A stretch of DNA of 64,000 nucleotides from Squalus acanthias (taxonomy: Eukaryota): NCBI GenBank assembly GCA_030390025.1, contig JASTWF010000323.1, positions 310,001 to 374,000 of the forward strand, in the 5' to 3' direction. The notes beneath the pieces were generated by a model. It saw nothing but the letters and a program-made list of their open reading frames with translations. It was not told the DNA's origin and searched no databases. A program made the position numbers and the translations under genes. Of this stretch, positions 1 through 11,784 are shown piece by piece (position 1 is the stretch's first letter; every line of letters starts with the position of its first letter).

Positions 1-1148
1 TGCGCTTGCACGGGAAGGTGCCGGGCTTAGGGGAAGGGGTGTTGGAGGTGATAGAGGAGTGCACTACTGTGGCGCAGAGGGAGCGATCCCTACGGAATGC
101 TGAAAGGGGAGGCGAGGGGAAGATGAGTTTCATGGTGGGATCACGCTGGAGGTGGCGGACATGGCGATGGATGATTCGTTGAATGTGGAGTCTGGTCGGG
201 TGAAAGGTGAGGACAAGGGGAACTCTGTCGTGCTTCCGGGAAGCAGGGGCAGTGGTGAGGGCAGAAGTGCGGGAGATAGATCGGACATGGTCAATGGCCG
301 TATCAGCCACTGTAGAGAGAATTCCGCGGTTGAGGAAAAAGGAAGACATGTCAGAAGCACTGATATGGAAGGTAGTTGCGTCAGAGTAGATGCGGCGGAG
401 ACGGAGAAACTGTTAGAATGGAATAGAGTCCTTACAGGAGGCGGGGTGGGAGGGAGTGTAGTTCAGGTAGCTGTGGGAGTCAGTGGGCTTGCAGTGAATG
501 TCTGTCAATAACCTATCCCCAGAGATGGAGATGGAGAGGTCGAGGAACGGAAGGGAAGAGTCGGAGATGGACCATGTGAAGGTGAGGGAATGGTGGAAAT
601 TGGAAGCAAAATGAATGAAATTATCTAGTTCAGGGCGAGAGCAGGAAACGGCACGGATAAAGTCATCAATGTACCGGAAAAAGACGTGAGGGAGGGGACA
701 GGAGTAGGACTGGAACAAAGAGTGTTCCCCATGTCTCACGAAAAGGCAGTCATAGCTAGGACGCATGCGGGTTCCCATAGCAACACTTTTGATTTGGAGG
801 AAGTGAGTGGATTCAAAGGAGAAGTTGTTCAATGTGAGAACATGTTCAGCCAGGTGGAGGAGGGTGCTGCTGCATGGGGACTGGTTGGGCCTCTGTTCAA
901 GGAAGAACCGGAACGCCCTCAGGCCATCCTGGTGTGGGATGGAGAATTAGAGGAATTGTACGTCAAGAGTGAAAAGCAGGAGGATTGGGCTAGGAAATTG
1001 GAAAATGTTAAAGTGGCGGAGGGAGTCGGAAGAATCACGGATGTAAGTGGGAAGAGACTGGACAAGGGGAGAAAAAATAGAGTCGCGATAAACAAGAGTT
1101 AAGTTCCGTGTGGCAAGAACAGTCTGAAACGATGGGTCTTATAGGTCA

Positions 1149-1816
1149 CGATAGCAAAATACTGCGGATGCTGGAAATCCGAAATAACAACAGAAAACGC
1201 TGGAAAAACTCAGCAGGCCAGGCAGCATCCGTGGAGAGAGAAAGAGAGTTAACGTTTCAGGTCGATGACCTTTCATCAGAACTGGGAAGAGCCGGAAATC
1301 AAATAGATTTAAGGCCAGGGTAAAGCTGGGAAAGGGGGGAGGGGATAAAGGAACAAAGTGGAAGATGAAGAGACATTAAGAGACATTAAGAGATATGCAA
1401 GGCTAGAGGTGGTGTTAATGTGACAGATTAAGGCTGAATGAAGTGTGAAATCCACTGGCAGAATGAAGGACAGCTGCCAGCTTCTAGGAGGAAAAAAAAA
1501 GGTGGGGGGGACAAATAAAAGGGTGGATAAAATAAAATATGAATGTGATTGGAGCTGAGGTTATGATCTAAAATTGTTGAACTCGATATTGAGTCCAGAG
1601 GGCTGTAGCGTGCCTAAACGAAAGATGAGGTGCTGTTCCTCGAGCTTACGCTGAGCTTCCGTGGAACAGTGTAATAGGCCGAGGACGGTGAGGTCAGAGT
1701 GGGAGTGAAGCGGTGAATTAAAGTGACAGGCCACCGGGAGCTCGGGGTCCCCCTTACGGACTGAACGGAGGTGTTCCGCAAAGCGGTCACCCAATCTGCG
1801 TTTGGTCTCCCTTATT
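1149..1816 (-). mobile_element. 3' fragment (GIY-YIG end plus pLTR) of Penelope family A nested inside its own family's RT
   Basis: ORF 1561-1794 (GDRFAEHLRSV..VACHFN..RKLEEQHLIFRLGTLQPSGLN) is the GIY-YIG C-terminus. It is flanked by imperfect direct repeats GGTCTTATAGGTCA (1135-1148) and GGTCTAATAAGTCA (1817-1830), and the host RT continues across it. Confidence 0.8.
1247..1283 (-). ncRNA. Minimal type I hammerhead ribozyme motif (Penelope pLTR)
   Basis: Minus strand reads AGUU-CUGAUGA-A-AGGUC-AUC-GACCU-GAAA-CG-UU-AACU: stem I AGUU/AACU, intact CUGANGA and GAAA core, stem II AGGUC/GACCU, palindromic AACGUU in place of stem III. Confidence 0.8.
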
Positions 1817-3060
1817 GGTCTAATAAGTCAGTCCTGTTTGTGGATCTTGGGAAGGAGGTAGAAGAGGGCTGTGCTGGTTTGTGGAAATATGCGGTTAGCG
1901 GCCGTGGGGGGAAGATCTCCAGAGGAGATTAAGTCAGTGACATTCTTGGAAACGATGGCTTGATGTTCGGTAGTGGGGTCATGGTCCAGGCGGGGGACGT
2001 AGGAGGTGTCGGAGAGTTGGCGTTCAGCTACCGCTAGGTAGAGGTCGGTTCGCCAAACAACAGCAGCACAACCCTTGTCAAAAGGTTTAATGACAATGTC
2101 GGGTTTGGATCTGTGAGAATGGAGTGCTGCACGTTCAGAGGGAGGTAGGATGGAGTGAGTGAGGGGAGCAGGGAAATGCAGACGGCCGATGTCGCGCCGG
2201 CAGTTTGCAATGAAAAGATCTAGAGAGGGTAAGAGGGCAGAGGGAGGGGTCCACGTCGAATGAGAATTCTGAAAGCCGGAGAAAGGTTCTGCCGTGCGAG
2301 TGGAAGAGTCCTGGCCAAAGAAGTGGGAACGGTGAAGATGGCGGGGGAAAATGACCTCAGTTCGTACCGAGCTCGAAATTCATTGAGGTGGGAGCGTAAG
2401 TGGATGAAGCTCAGGCCTTTGCGAACGACTGATCGTTCGGGGTCAGAGAGGGGAAGGTCAGAGGGGATAGTGAAAACGCGGCAGGGTTTGAGATTCGGAG
2501 AAGGGATGGTGTCAGAGGAAAGTGAAGGGGAAGAAGGTTCCGGAGGGGCGTTGGTGTCCAAGAGCTGTTGAAGCTTGCGATCTTTGAAACCTGAAAGGAA
2601 GAACAAAAGTTTTTTATTAAAGCGCCAGATGAGCTGAAGGATGAAATGGATCTGCGGACCAGGACAGCGTTGATATACAGTTAGTCGGTGCTGCTGAAGA
2701 GAGAGGTCGAGGGTATTCATGTGGTGGCGCATGGCATTCAGCGTGGATCTCAGGATACGGCGACAGCAGTGGTTCAAGGAACGCTGAATATCTTGGAGAT
2801 ATCTATAGTTCTGGGCGGATCCAAAATATTAAGGGTGGAATTTCAGATGGAATGCAGTAAGGCGGAACCGGAGACAGTTGCTGAGGAAAGATATGTGGCT
2901 GTGAAAGCGAGTTTTGGTAGATACCTGATCAAACACGAGAACGGAGACAGAAAGCAATGAAGATGAACAAGGTAAAAGAGACAAACGGAAATCCCGTCCG
3001 AGAGACGAGCAGAACTTCTTCAAGGTGGGCAATTCTGGAAGAGAGGTGGCAGTTAATTAA

Positions 3061-3595
3061 ACACTAATACAAAAAGAAAATACTGCAGATGCTGGAAATC
3101 TGAAATAAAAACAGAAAATGCTGGAGATACACAACAGGTCAGGCAGCATCTGTGAAGAGAGAAAAAGAATTAACGTTTCAGGTCGATGACCTTTCCTCAG
3201 AACTGGAAAAAAACTGGAAATGGAACAGATTTTTAAGCAAGTGTAGGGCCTGGGAAAGGGGGGAGAGGATGAAAGAACAAAAAGGGAAGGTCTGTGATAG
3301 GATAGAAGGCAGGAGCGGATAAGAGACATTGAGAGATATTCAAGGCAAAAATGAGATGGTAATGGGACAGGTTAAGAAACAAAGGATGGCTCCAAATAAA
3401 GTTTAAATTTCGCTGGCAGAATGAAAGACAGCTGCCATGTGGGAGAGAAGAAAAAAAGACAGACAAAAAGTGTGCATAAAAAGTATATATGTGATAGGGG
3501 CCGAGGGTATGATTTGAAATTCTTGAACTCTATTTTCGGTCCAGAAGGCTATAAAGTGCCTAATCGAAAGATGAGTTGCTGTTCCTCGAGCTTAC
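3061..3595 (-). mobile_element. Upstream tandem pLTR of Penelope family A
   Basis: Homologous to 1150-1650 (GCTGGAAATC.GAAATAA, hammerhead, GIY-YIG tail). It sits directly 5' of the ORF in the same orientation, the typical partial-tandem PLE structure. Confidence 0.8.
3168..3204 (-). ncRNA. Minimal type I hammerhead ribozyme motif
   Basis: Minus strand AGUU-CUGAGGA-A-AGGUC-AUC-GACCU-GAAA-CG-UU-AAUU; core intact. Confidence 0.75.
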
Positions 3596-4506
3596 ATCTT
3601 CCCCTCACCTCCCCTTTCAGCATTCCGAAGGGACCGTTCCCTCCGCGAGACCCTGATCCACTCCTCAATCACCTGCAACACCCATTCCCCTTCGCCCGGC
3701 ACCTTCGCGTGCAAGTGCAGCAGATGCAACACTTGCCCTTAAACCTCCCCCCCTTTCCACTGTCCAGGGCCCCAAACACCCCTTCCAGGTGAAACAGCGA
3801 TTTACTTGTAATTCTTGCAATTTAGTACACTGTATTCGCTGCTCACGATGCGGTCTCCTCTACATTGGGGAGACCAAACGCAGAAGACCTCCGTTCACTC
3901 CGTAAGTTGGACTCCGAGCTTCCGGTCGTCGGTTATTTCAGTACTCCACCCCACTCCCACTCAGACCTCACCGTCCTCGGCCTCTTACACTGTTCCAATG
4001 AAGTTCAATTTAAGCTCGAGGAACAGCACCTCATCTTTCGATTAGAAACTTTACAGCCTTCAGGCCTCAACATAAAGTTCAACAATTTCAGATCATAACC
4101 TCGGCCCCTATCTTATATATATATCTTTTATCCACACTTTTTGTCTGTGTCTTTTTTTCTTCTCTCCCTCATGGCAGCTGAATTTAATTCTGCCAGCGCA
4201 ATTTACACTTCATCTAGAGTCACACTTTGTTTCTTAACCTGTCCCATGATCATTGCCTTTTGCCTTGAATATCTCTCAATGCCTCTTAGCCTCTCCTGCC
4301 GTCTATCCTATCACAGACAATCCCTTTTGTTCTTTCATCCCCTCCCCCCTTTCCCTGCCCCTACCCTTGTTAAAATATCTTTTCCATTTCCTGCTTTTTT
4401 CCAGATCAGACGAAAGGTCAGCGACCTGAAAAGTTATCTCTGTTTCTCTCTTCACAGATGCTGCCTGACCTGCTGAGCATCTCCAGCATTTTCTGTTTTT
4501 ATTTCG
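3596..4506 (+). mobile_element. Inverted 3' segment (GIY-YIG plus pLTR) of Penelope family A
   Basis: Plus-strand GIY-YIG remnants (ORF 3865-4098 ..KLEEQHLIFRLETLQPSGLNIKFNNFRS). Reverse-complement match to 3061-3595. The hammerhead near 4403-4440 is degenerate (CAGACGA). Confidence 0.85.
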
Positions 4507-4869
4507 TCAGAGCATTTCCTGATGTAGTAATGGCCGAACAAGCGACTTGAAAGGCGGGTGGAGATTGTTGGTGCCGGGGAACATACAGGCGCCGTGGCTG
4601 GCCTGGGAAGCTTCAGAAACACCGGGCGAATAAGTACCCGCGGGCCCCGCATTTCCGCCGAGGTGGCAGCTCCGGTCTCCGAGATGAGAGGGGCAACTGT
4701 AAGCCATCTTGCTAGAGGATTTCTCCGCGGCGACAGGCCCGGGTTACCCCCTGCAACAGGCCGCCATCCTGGTGAAGAAAGGCGAGACTTGACCCCTCGC
4801 CGCCATCATGGACAGGGCGGGGTCAGGGCGCATGCGCGGCCCTATGCCAGAGCAGGTGCAGCAGAAGCA

Positions 4870-5110
4870 CTTTTTTATATTCGTTTAAAGAATGTCGGCG
4901 TCGCTGGCAAGGCCAGCATTTATTGCCCATCCCTAATTGCCTTTGAGAAGGTGATGGTGAGCCACCTTCTTGAACTGCTGCAGTCCGTTTAGTGAAGTTA
5001 GTCACAACTTGCTGTTAGGGAGGTTGTTCCTGGATTTAAACGCAGTGACGATGAAGGAAAGGCGACATACCTCCAATTTAGGATGGTGTTTGACTTGGAG
5101 GGGAAATTGG
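4870..5110 (-). mobile_element. 3' end fragment of a CR1/Jockey-group LINE (same family as 42385-43160 and 44325-45140)
   Basis: Shares the block GTCGCTG..GGCCAG.ATTTATTGCCCATCCCTAA..GAGAAGGTG..GGTGAGCC.CCTTCTTGAAC with the other two copies, which carry RT C-terminal remnants. Confidence 0.7.
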
Positions 5111-5893
5111 AGTGTCAGAGTGTGTTCCAGCGAGGGGTGTGGTGTATTTCAGTTTTACAGTGGGGGATGTGGTTTATATCAATGTGTTACAGTGAGGGGT
5201 GAGCGGTATATCAGCGTTACAGTCAGGGGTATGGAGCATATTAGTGTTACAGTGAGGGGTTTGGGGTATATCAGTGTTAAAGTGAGGGGGTGTGAGCTAT
5301 ATCAGAGTTTTACAGTGAGGGGTGTGGTGTATTTCAGAATGTTACAGAGTGGGGTATATCAGAGTGTTACAGTGAGTGATGTGGGCTATATCAGAGTGTT
5401 ACAGTGAGTGATGTGGGGTATATCAGAAAGTTATAGTGAGGGGTGTGGGATATATCTGAATGTTACAGTGTGGGGTGTGGGCTATATCAGAGTATTATAG
5501 TGAGGGGTGTGGGGTATATCAGAAAGTTATAGTGAGGGGTGTGGGGTATATCAGAATGTTACAGTGTGGGGTGTGGGGTATATCACAGTGTTACTCTGAG
5601 GGGTGTGGGGTATATCAGAAAGTTATAGTGAGGGGTGTGGGGTATATCAGAATTTTACAGTGTGGGGTGTGGGGTATATCACAGTGTTACTCTGAGGGGT
5701 GTGGGCTATATCAGCGTTACTGTGAGGGGTGTGGGCTATATCAGAGTGTTACAGTGAGGGGTGTGGGGTATATCACAGTGTTACAGTGAGGGGTGTGGGG
5801 TATATCAGAGTGTTGCAGTGAGCTGTGTGGCGTATATCAGTGTTACAGTGAGGGGAGTGGGGTATATCAGAATGTTACAGTGAGGGGTGTGAA
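5110..5893. repeat. 32-bp tandem repeat (TATATCAGAGTGTTACAGTGAGGGGTGTGGGG)
   Basis: The unit recurs with 32-bp spacing (e.g. 5547 and 5579). Confidence 0.95.
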
Positions 5894-5894
5894 G

Positions 5895-6058
5895 TATATG
5901 AAAAGGGAATTAGATAATTGACTGAAGGAAAAACAATGAAGGGCTACGGGGAAAGGGCGGGGGGTGGGACTTGCTGAAGTGCTCTTGCAGAGAGCCGGCA
6001 TGGGCTTCAATGGCCGTATGGCCTCCTTGTATGCTTTAACCATTCTATGATTCTATAG
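5895..6058 (+). mobile_element. CR1 LINE 3' terminal fragment
   Basis: GGCCG.ATGGCCTCCT..TTCTATGATTCTAT terminus shared with other CR1 copies in the window. Confidence 0.7.
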
Positions 6059-6073
6059 AACCAGAGATATATT

Positions 6074-8420
6074 ACAACAACAACAACATTTTGTATTTAA
6101 GTAGCGCCATTAATGTAGTAAAACGTCCCAAGGCGCTTCACAGCAGTTTTGACACCGAGCCACATAAGGATAAATTAGGACAGGTGTCTAAAAGCTTTGT
6201 CAAAGTGGTAGATTTTAATGATCGTCTTAGAGGAGGAAAGAGAGGTAGCGAGGGCGAGAGGTTTAGGCAGGGAATTCCAGAGCTTAGGGCCTAGGCAACA
6301 GAAGCCAAGGCCACCAAATGTTGAGCGTTTATAATCAGGGATGCTCAACAGCCCAGAATTGGAGGAGCACAAACCTCTCGGGGGAGTGGGGGGTGTAAGG
6401 AGTATCTTAATGGGGTCAGCCTTCGCTTTCTGACAGAGTGAGCGGTTCGAATCGCTCCAACACCCCTCCGGTTCCTAGACTTTGGGCTTATTTAGGGGTT
6501 GTGAACAAAATTGCAGTAAACAGGTTCTGATGAAAGAATTTTACTTTATTAAAAGAAAAAGGTAACAAACTTGAAACACACTTATTACTTAAACACAGAT
6601 TTGGGGAACACACGGTACAAGCGAGGGAAATGACAATATATCAAACAAAACCTTATCCCTCCCAAATATACCACTATCTGGCTAGGTTTTTGGTTTCAGG
6701 AGATCAGGGATAATGCTCACCAACGAATCCTTGACAGGATATTAGAGTCTTTTGTTTAAAATGTTTCCGTAAGGCCCTTGCTGCTGCGAGGTGTCTGATG
6801 GTCACTGAGGCAGTCGCACTGGTTTCTTCTTGCGTGCTGGTCTTCTGTTCTTCTTCCTCGTGGCTTGTGGTAAGTTTTGCTGGAGCAGGGAGAGAGCTGT
6901 GTCCGCGTCGTCAGTCAGTCCGAAAGAGAGAGAAATTATGGCACAGGCTCTCAAATTATACTGTTTCTTTTTCGCGCCCAAAAACCCCTTACTAAAACGA
7001 ATTCCTTTTTGATTGTAAATGAACCTTGCTTAGTCGAATTGTCTAGTTTTTGGCGGGCTTGCCAGTTCCGATGGTTTTTGCTTAGTGTTAATCGTTTTCC
7101 GTTTTAAACACAGCCTTATCTACGCGCCAAATCTCCACCCTATTGTCCTTCTGTTGGTGAGCTTTTAAATCTGTTCTGTGGATACCTGGTTGATTGTTTT
7201 TTTTGATGGGATAATGGCTATGAAACTGTGTGATCGAAGTTATATTGTCATTGAATCGTTTTTAGATTTCCAGCATTTTGTTTGCCCCTGGGGATCCATA
7301 TTTGAATGTGTTTGTGAGTTTTGCTTTGTCTCAAACAATTCCCAGACAGCTTGATCTGTTCACTGACCGGCCACGCCCCTCGCAGCTTGTGTCTGTGAAA
7401 AAATGTCTCTCCCTACAATAAGATTAAGAAAAAAATCAGTTTCCTCAGGTTTTTCTTCCCTGATCTTTAGGTTTTTACATCAAATCACTTCACTTAGGCC
7501 CCATCATCCCAAGTTTGTATGAAAAATCAAAAAATCCATCGCTTTAAGGCTCTGTTCGAGTTTCTGGGGGATTTTACGAAGCCTACAGGGGGGGTGGGCG
7601 TGTTGTGGGGCTACAGAGAATTAGAGATAGCAAGGGGCGAGATGCTGGAGGGATTTGAAAACAAGGATGATAATTTTGAAATCGAGGTGCTGCTTAACCG
7701 GGTTCCAATATAGGTCAGCGAGCAGAGGGGAGATGGGCGAACGGGACTTGGTGCGAGTTAGGACACGGGCAGCCGAGTTTTGGATGAATGCAAGTATACA
7801 TAGGGTAGAATGTGGGAGTCCAGCCAGGAGTGCGTTGGAAAAGTCAAGTCTAGAAGTAACAAAGTCAAGAATGAGGGTTAAAGCAGCGGATGAGATGAGG
7901 CAAGGGCGGAGACGGGCGATGTTACAAAGGTGGAAGTAGGCGGTCTTTGTTATGATGCGGATATGTGGTCGCAAGCTCATTTCAGGGTCAAATATGACAC
8001 CAATGTTGCGAAGAGTGTGGTTCAGCCTGAGACAGAAGTTAGGGAACGGGTTGGAGTCAGGGGTTAGGGAACGGAGTTTGTGGTGGGGACCAAAAAAAAT
8101 GGCTTCGGTCTTCCCAATATTTAATTGGAGAAAATTTTTAGTCATCCAAATGTCGGACAAGCAGTCTGACAATTTAGACACCGTGGAGGGGTGGAGAGAA
8201 GAGGTAGTGAGGTAGAGCTGTGTGTCGTTAGGGTACATGTGGAAAATGACGCTGTGTTTTTGGATGATGTCGGCAAGTGGCAACATGTAGATGAGAAATA
8301 GGAGGGGGCTAACAGTAGATACTTGTGGGACACCAGAGGCAATGATGCGGGAGCGGGAAGAGAGGTATTCTGATCCATTCCGCACAGTAGGATCCCAGCT
8401 CCAGACATATGTCTCACTGC
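6074..8420 (-). mobile_element. L2 LINE 3' portion, interrupted by a solo LTR
   Basis: ORF 7621-8448 has L2-type RT C-terminal motifs (GVPQ.S..SPLLF, LQLNIGKTE, AYFHLCNIARLR, SRLDFSN, IQNSAARVL). The (GTT)n tail is at 6074-6088 and homology continues on both sides of 6394-7587. Confidence 0.85.
6394..7587 (-). mobile_element. Probable solo LTR (about 1.19 kb)
   Basis: Begins TGTAAGG and ends CCTACA (TG..CA with short inverted ends). Flanked on both sides by G runs (candidate TSD) and cleanly splits an L2. Minus-strand AATAAA at 6545-6550; no coding motifs. Confidence 0.7.
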
Positions 8421-9004
8421 GGAGATAGAGAGAGTGAGGCAGATACATTGAGGGAGCAGAGAAGTAGATGGGGAAACAAACACTGGTGTAGAGTTTAACT
8501 TATATTAGTTGCTATAGTAAAATAACGGGTGATTGTGAATCAGCCACGCATTTTACACAGATGGAAATAAAACTAGGGCGAACTGTAGGGCAGGATCCCG
8601 GTTCATTCCGGGAGACGGGACTGATTGTATTCCCTGTGTTCATGACCAGTGAGACTGCACATCAGTAGCAGAGTCTGGTGAATATGACCCTGTGACACCT
8701 CGAGTGGGAGGGGCTCCGGCTGCTTTGTGACTTAGTTCCTGGCTGCTGTGTGATTGGCTCCTGGCTCCTGTGTGATGTCACCTGGAGACAGGGCTCAGGC
8801 CCTGGGTACAGCCCATCAGTGGGATGTCAGCGAGGAAGGAGCTGGAGTGACAGCTAACACTTCCAGTGAGTTTAGGCTCAATAAAGAGGGCAAAGGACAG
8901 AAAAGAACAATTAATATTAAAGTAAGTAATAAAACACACTCATTAATCGCAAAAATAATCAAATTGAATATAATTATGGTCACAAAAATGCTCCCCCTTT
9001 ATTC

Positions 9005-9330
9005 TAGGTTTAATATGAATCTCTTCTCCATTGACAGTCTCTGGGAGGGAGCAATCTCTCAGGAAGGTAGGGAGAGAAAATTCGAATCATCGCCGCAATC
9101 ACTGGGACTGGAGAAATGTCGCTGGCTTCACAGAACAGATCTGGTGGGACCGAGACACCCAGTGAAGGAGACGGTATAAAACCGGAAGCTTCAACAATGA
9201 TTGGAAAGGTGAGCAACTTTACTGAGATTCTCTTCAGTCCAGGATTTTGCCGAGTTAAGAGTCTAACCAGATACTGGGAATGCTCAACATCTCCCATCAT
9301 GCTTGGAATTTGATGCGGCAAGTTGAGTGC
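9005..9330. repeat. Low-copy non-coding segment, copy 1 (paralogue of 34080-34400)
   Basis: Colinear similarity, e.g. TCACTGGGACTGGAGAAATGTC, AACTTTACTGAGA and GATTTTGCCGAG....GAGTCTAACCAGA occur in both copies. Confidence 0.85.
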
Positions 9331-9339
9331 AGCTTAACA

Positions 9340-11510
9340 CATAGATATACCTTGCCCGTACCTTACCCGGGAGTATTTGACACTTGCATGTAGGTTGATC
9401 TTTATTCTGTTTTAACCCCATGCTCTACCCGGTCTGGTTGTACTTCATTGGGTAGTGTCAAGCGAGCTGTACGCTGCACTGAACACATGCTGTATTAGCG
9501 GAAGCTTTGTATGTCACCGCCCTGTACATGCAATGTGAATGTTTGAGTGGACAGTGTATAAAAAGATTTACTAAGCATCTCTGTATCTTAGGTTCTGCAC
9601 AGGCTAGATACAGATTAAAGCTCCCTCTACGCCATCCCATCAAACACTCACAGGGCACGTGGAGCACAAGTTAGATTCAGAATAAAGCATCTTCTACATT
9701 GTCCCAACAAACACTCCCAGGGCATGTTCAGCACAGGTTAGAGACCAATTAAAGATCCCGCTGAATTGTCTCAACAAACACACCCATGGTTGGTACAGCG
9801 TGTGATAGAAACAGAGCAAAGCTCCCTGTTCTACATGTAGCCATCAAGCGCACCCAGGGCAGGTACAGCATAATGGCCCAGAAATTAGACTTCGATGGTT
9901 GCCGCGGGGGTAAGGATCGTGCGCGGTCTTACCTACCGCGCCTGCCTTTATGGTTCGGGCCCACACGAACTTCTGCTCCTGGGCCTCTCCCTGGTGCCGG
10001 CGTGCAGTGTTTGCGTGTCCCAGAGGCGCAGTTAGTTCCATGCGACCTCTGGGATCACTTGGGCCAGTTAGAGCCAATGGCAGCACACCATCTTTCATTC
10101 ATAGTTTTGACAGGAAGAGCTGTCAAAACTATGAATACAACTTGCCCCCAAAAGAACAGCTAAACCTCAATTAAATTTAAAAAAAACATCACATTAGTAA
10201 AATAACTATAGTTAAATAAATTAACCACATTAAACAAAAATTTTAATATTTGAAAAAAAATTAAATTCCTTTTAAAAGTTATAAAAATAAACTTACCTTT
10301 CTTTAAAGTCTCTAAAAAAGATAAACCTGTTGAAAACATTTTTAAATAATACTTAATTAACTACTTACCTTCTTAAAAGGGGGTCTTACGCCCCCTTTTT
10401 TCATGTGTAAAATCTTCCATACATACCCTCGCGTTCAAACCTGAAAAAAAAACCTAAGTGTGCTGCGTGCGCACAGCCTGTAGTGCGCACGCGGTTCACT
10501 TAGGAACCGCCCCCTTCGCAATATCGGAAGTACCGGTTTCCCGCGCATGCGCAGTGCATGCAGGAAACCGGCACTTCGGGACCAAATATAGGTGAGTACA
10601 CAGTGCGTACTCTCCCGTATTCGGCCGAATTTCTGGGCCAATATAGATACAGATTAAAGCTTCCGCTACACTGTGCCATCAGACACTCCCAGGGCAGGTA
10701 TTGCACGGGTTAGATACAGAGTAAAGCTCACTCTGCACTGCCCAATCAAGCACTCCCAGGGCAGGTACAGCACTGGTTAGATACAGAGTAAATCTCCCTC
10801 TACACTGTCCCGTCAAACACAATCAGGGCAGGTACAATATGGATAAGGTACAGATTAAAGATACCTCTAAACGGTTTCAACAAACACTCACAGTGCAGGT
10901 ACAGCAATGGTGAGATACAGAATAAAGCTCCCTCTGCACTGTCTCATCAGACACTCCCAGGGCAGGTACAGCAACGGTTCGATCTATAGTAAAGCTCCTT
11001 CTAAACTGTCCCATTAAACACTGACAGGGCCGTTACAGCACGGTTTAGCTACAAAGTAAATCTTCCTCTCCAAAGACTCATCAAACACTCCCAAGGCAGG
11101 TACAGCACGGATTAGATATCGAGTAAATCTCGCTCTATACTGTCCCATCAAATACTCCCAGGGCAGGTACAGCACGGGTTAGATACAGAGTAAAGCTCCC
11201 CTACAAAGAAACATCAAACACTCCCAGGGCGGTTACGGCACGGTTTAGATACAGACTAAAGCCCTGTCCACACTGTAGCACCAAACACTTGCAAGGGCAG
11301 TAATAGCAGGGGTTGACACAGAGTAAATCTCCCTCTACACTGTCCCGTCAAACACGCCCAGGGCAGGTACATCACGGGTTAGGTATAGACGTAAGATCCC
11401 TCTACACTGTCACAACAAACACTATCAGTGCAGGTACAGCAATGGTTAGATAAAGAGTAAATCTCCCTCCGCACTGGCACATCAAACTATCCCAGGGCAT
11501 GTACAGAACA
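9340..11510. repeat. 67-bp satellite array (AAACACTCCCAGGGCAGGTACAGCACGGGTTAGATACAGAGTAAAGCTCCCTCTACACTGTCCCATC), interrupted by a MITE
   Basis: 67-bp periodicity (10681, 10748). Orientation switches near 9590. The array resumes at 18290 after the Penelope insertion. Confidence 0.92.
9875..10639. mobile_element. Non-autonomous DNA transposon (MITE), PIF/Harbinger-like, copy 1
   Basis: Perfect 12-bp TIRs GGCCCAGAAATT/AATTTCTGGGCC, 3-bp TSD AAT (9872-9874, 10640-10642), 765 bp. A second copy lies in the opposite orientation at 56352-57114. Confidence 0.88.
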
Positions 11511-11562
11511 AAAGTGAGAAGTCGCATAACACCAGGTTATAGTCCAACAGTTTTATTTGAAA

Positions 11563-11600
11563 TCACAAGCTTTCGGAGCTGCTGCCCCTTCGTCAGGTGA
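11563..11600 (-). ncRNA. Minimal type I hammerhead ribozyme motif (Penelope family B pLTR)
   Basis: Minus strand UCAC-CUGACGA-A-GGGGC-AGCA-GCUCC-GAAA-GC-UU-GUGA; core intact, palindromic AAGCUU, followed by AAUAAA. Confidence 0.8.
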
Positions 11601-11784
11601 AGTGAAGGAATACGAATCGGCAAAGCATATTTAAAGAGAGAACAATGCATGTGTAGCGTACAATGTCACACGACTACATTTAATCATCCTGACTGCCTTT
11701 CGCAGAGAAACAATCAGGTCAGCCAGGAAGGCACCACATCAGAGACATAGCAAGATACAACCGAGACAATGAGGAGGGGTCACA

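Larger units (their letters stand above)
1..3060 (-). mobile_element. Penelope-like retroelement (family A), decayed ORF: N-terminal region and RT, running off the left edge; interrupted at 1149-1816
   Basis: Minus-strand translations give PLE RT motifs: CRVFTIPSDLPLSD..KGLSF (ORF 2220-2777), LPKIHKQD..RPIVS (around 1820-1860 and 1120-1135), VAMGTRM and FFRYIDD..LPFLD..KPTDSHSYL (ORF 413-832). Frameshifts and stops are present. Confidence 0.9.

Noticed and set aside
9340..11510. Regularly spaced repeats as a CRISPR array
   Set aside because: Units are contiguous with no unique spacers, there are no cas genes, and the context is vertebrate. The same applies to the 26, 32 and 51 bp arrays.
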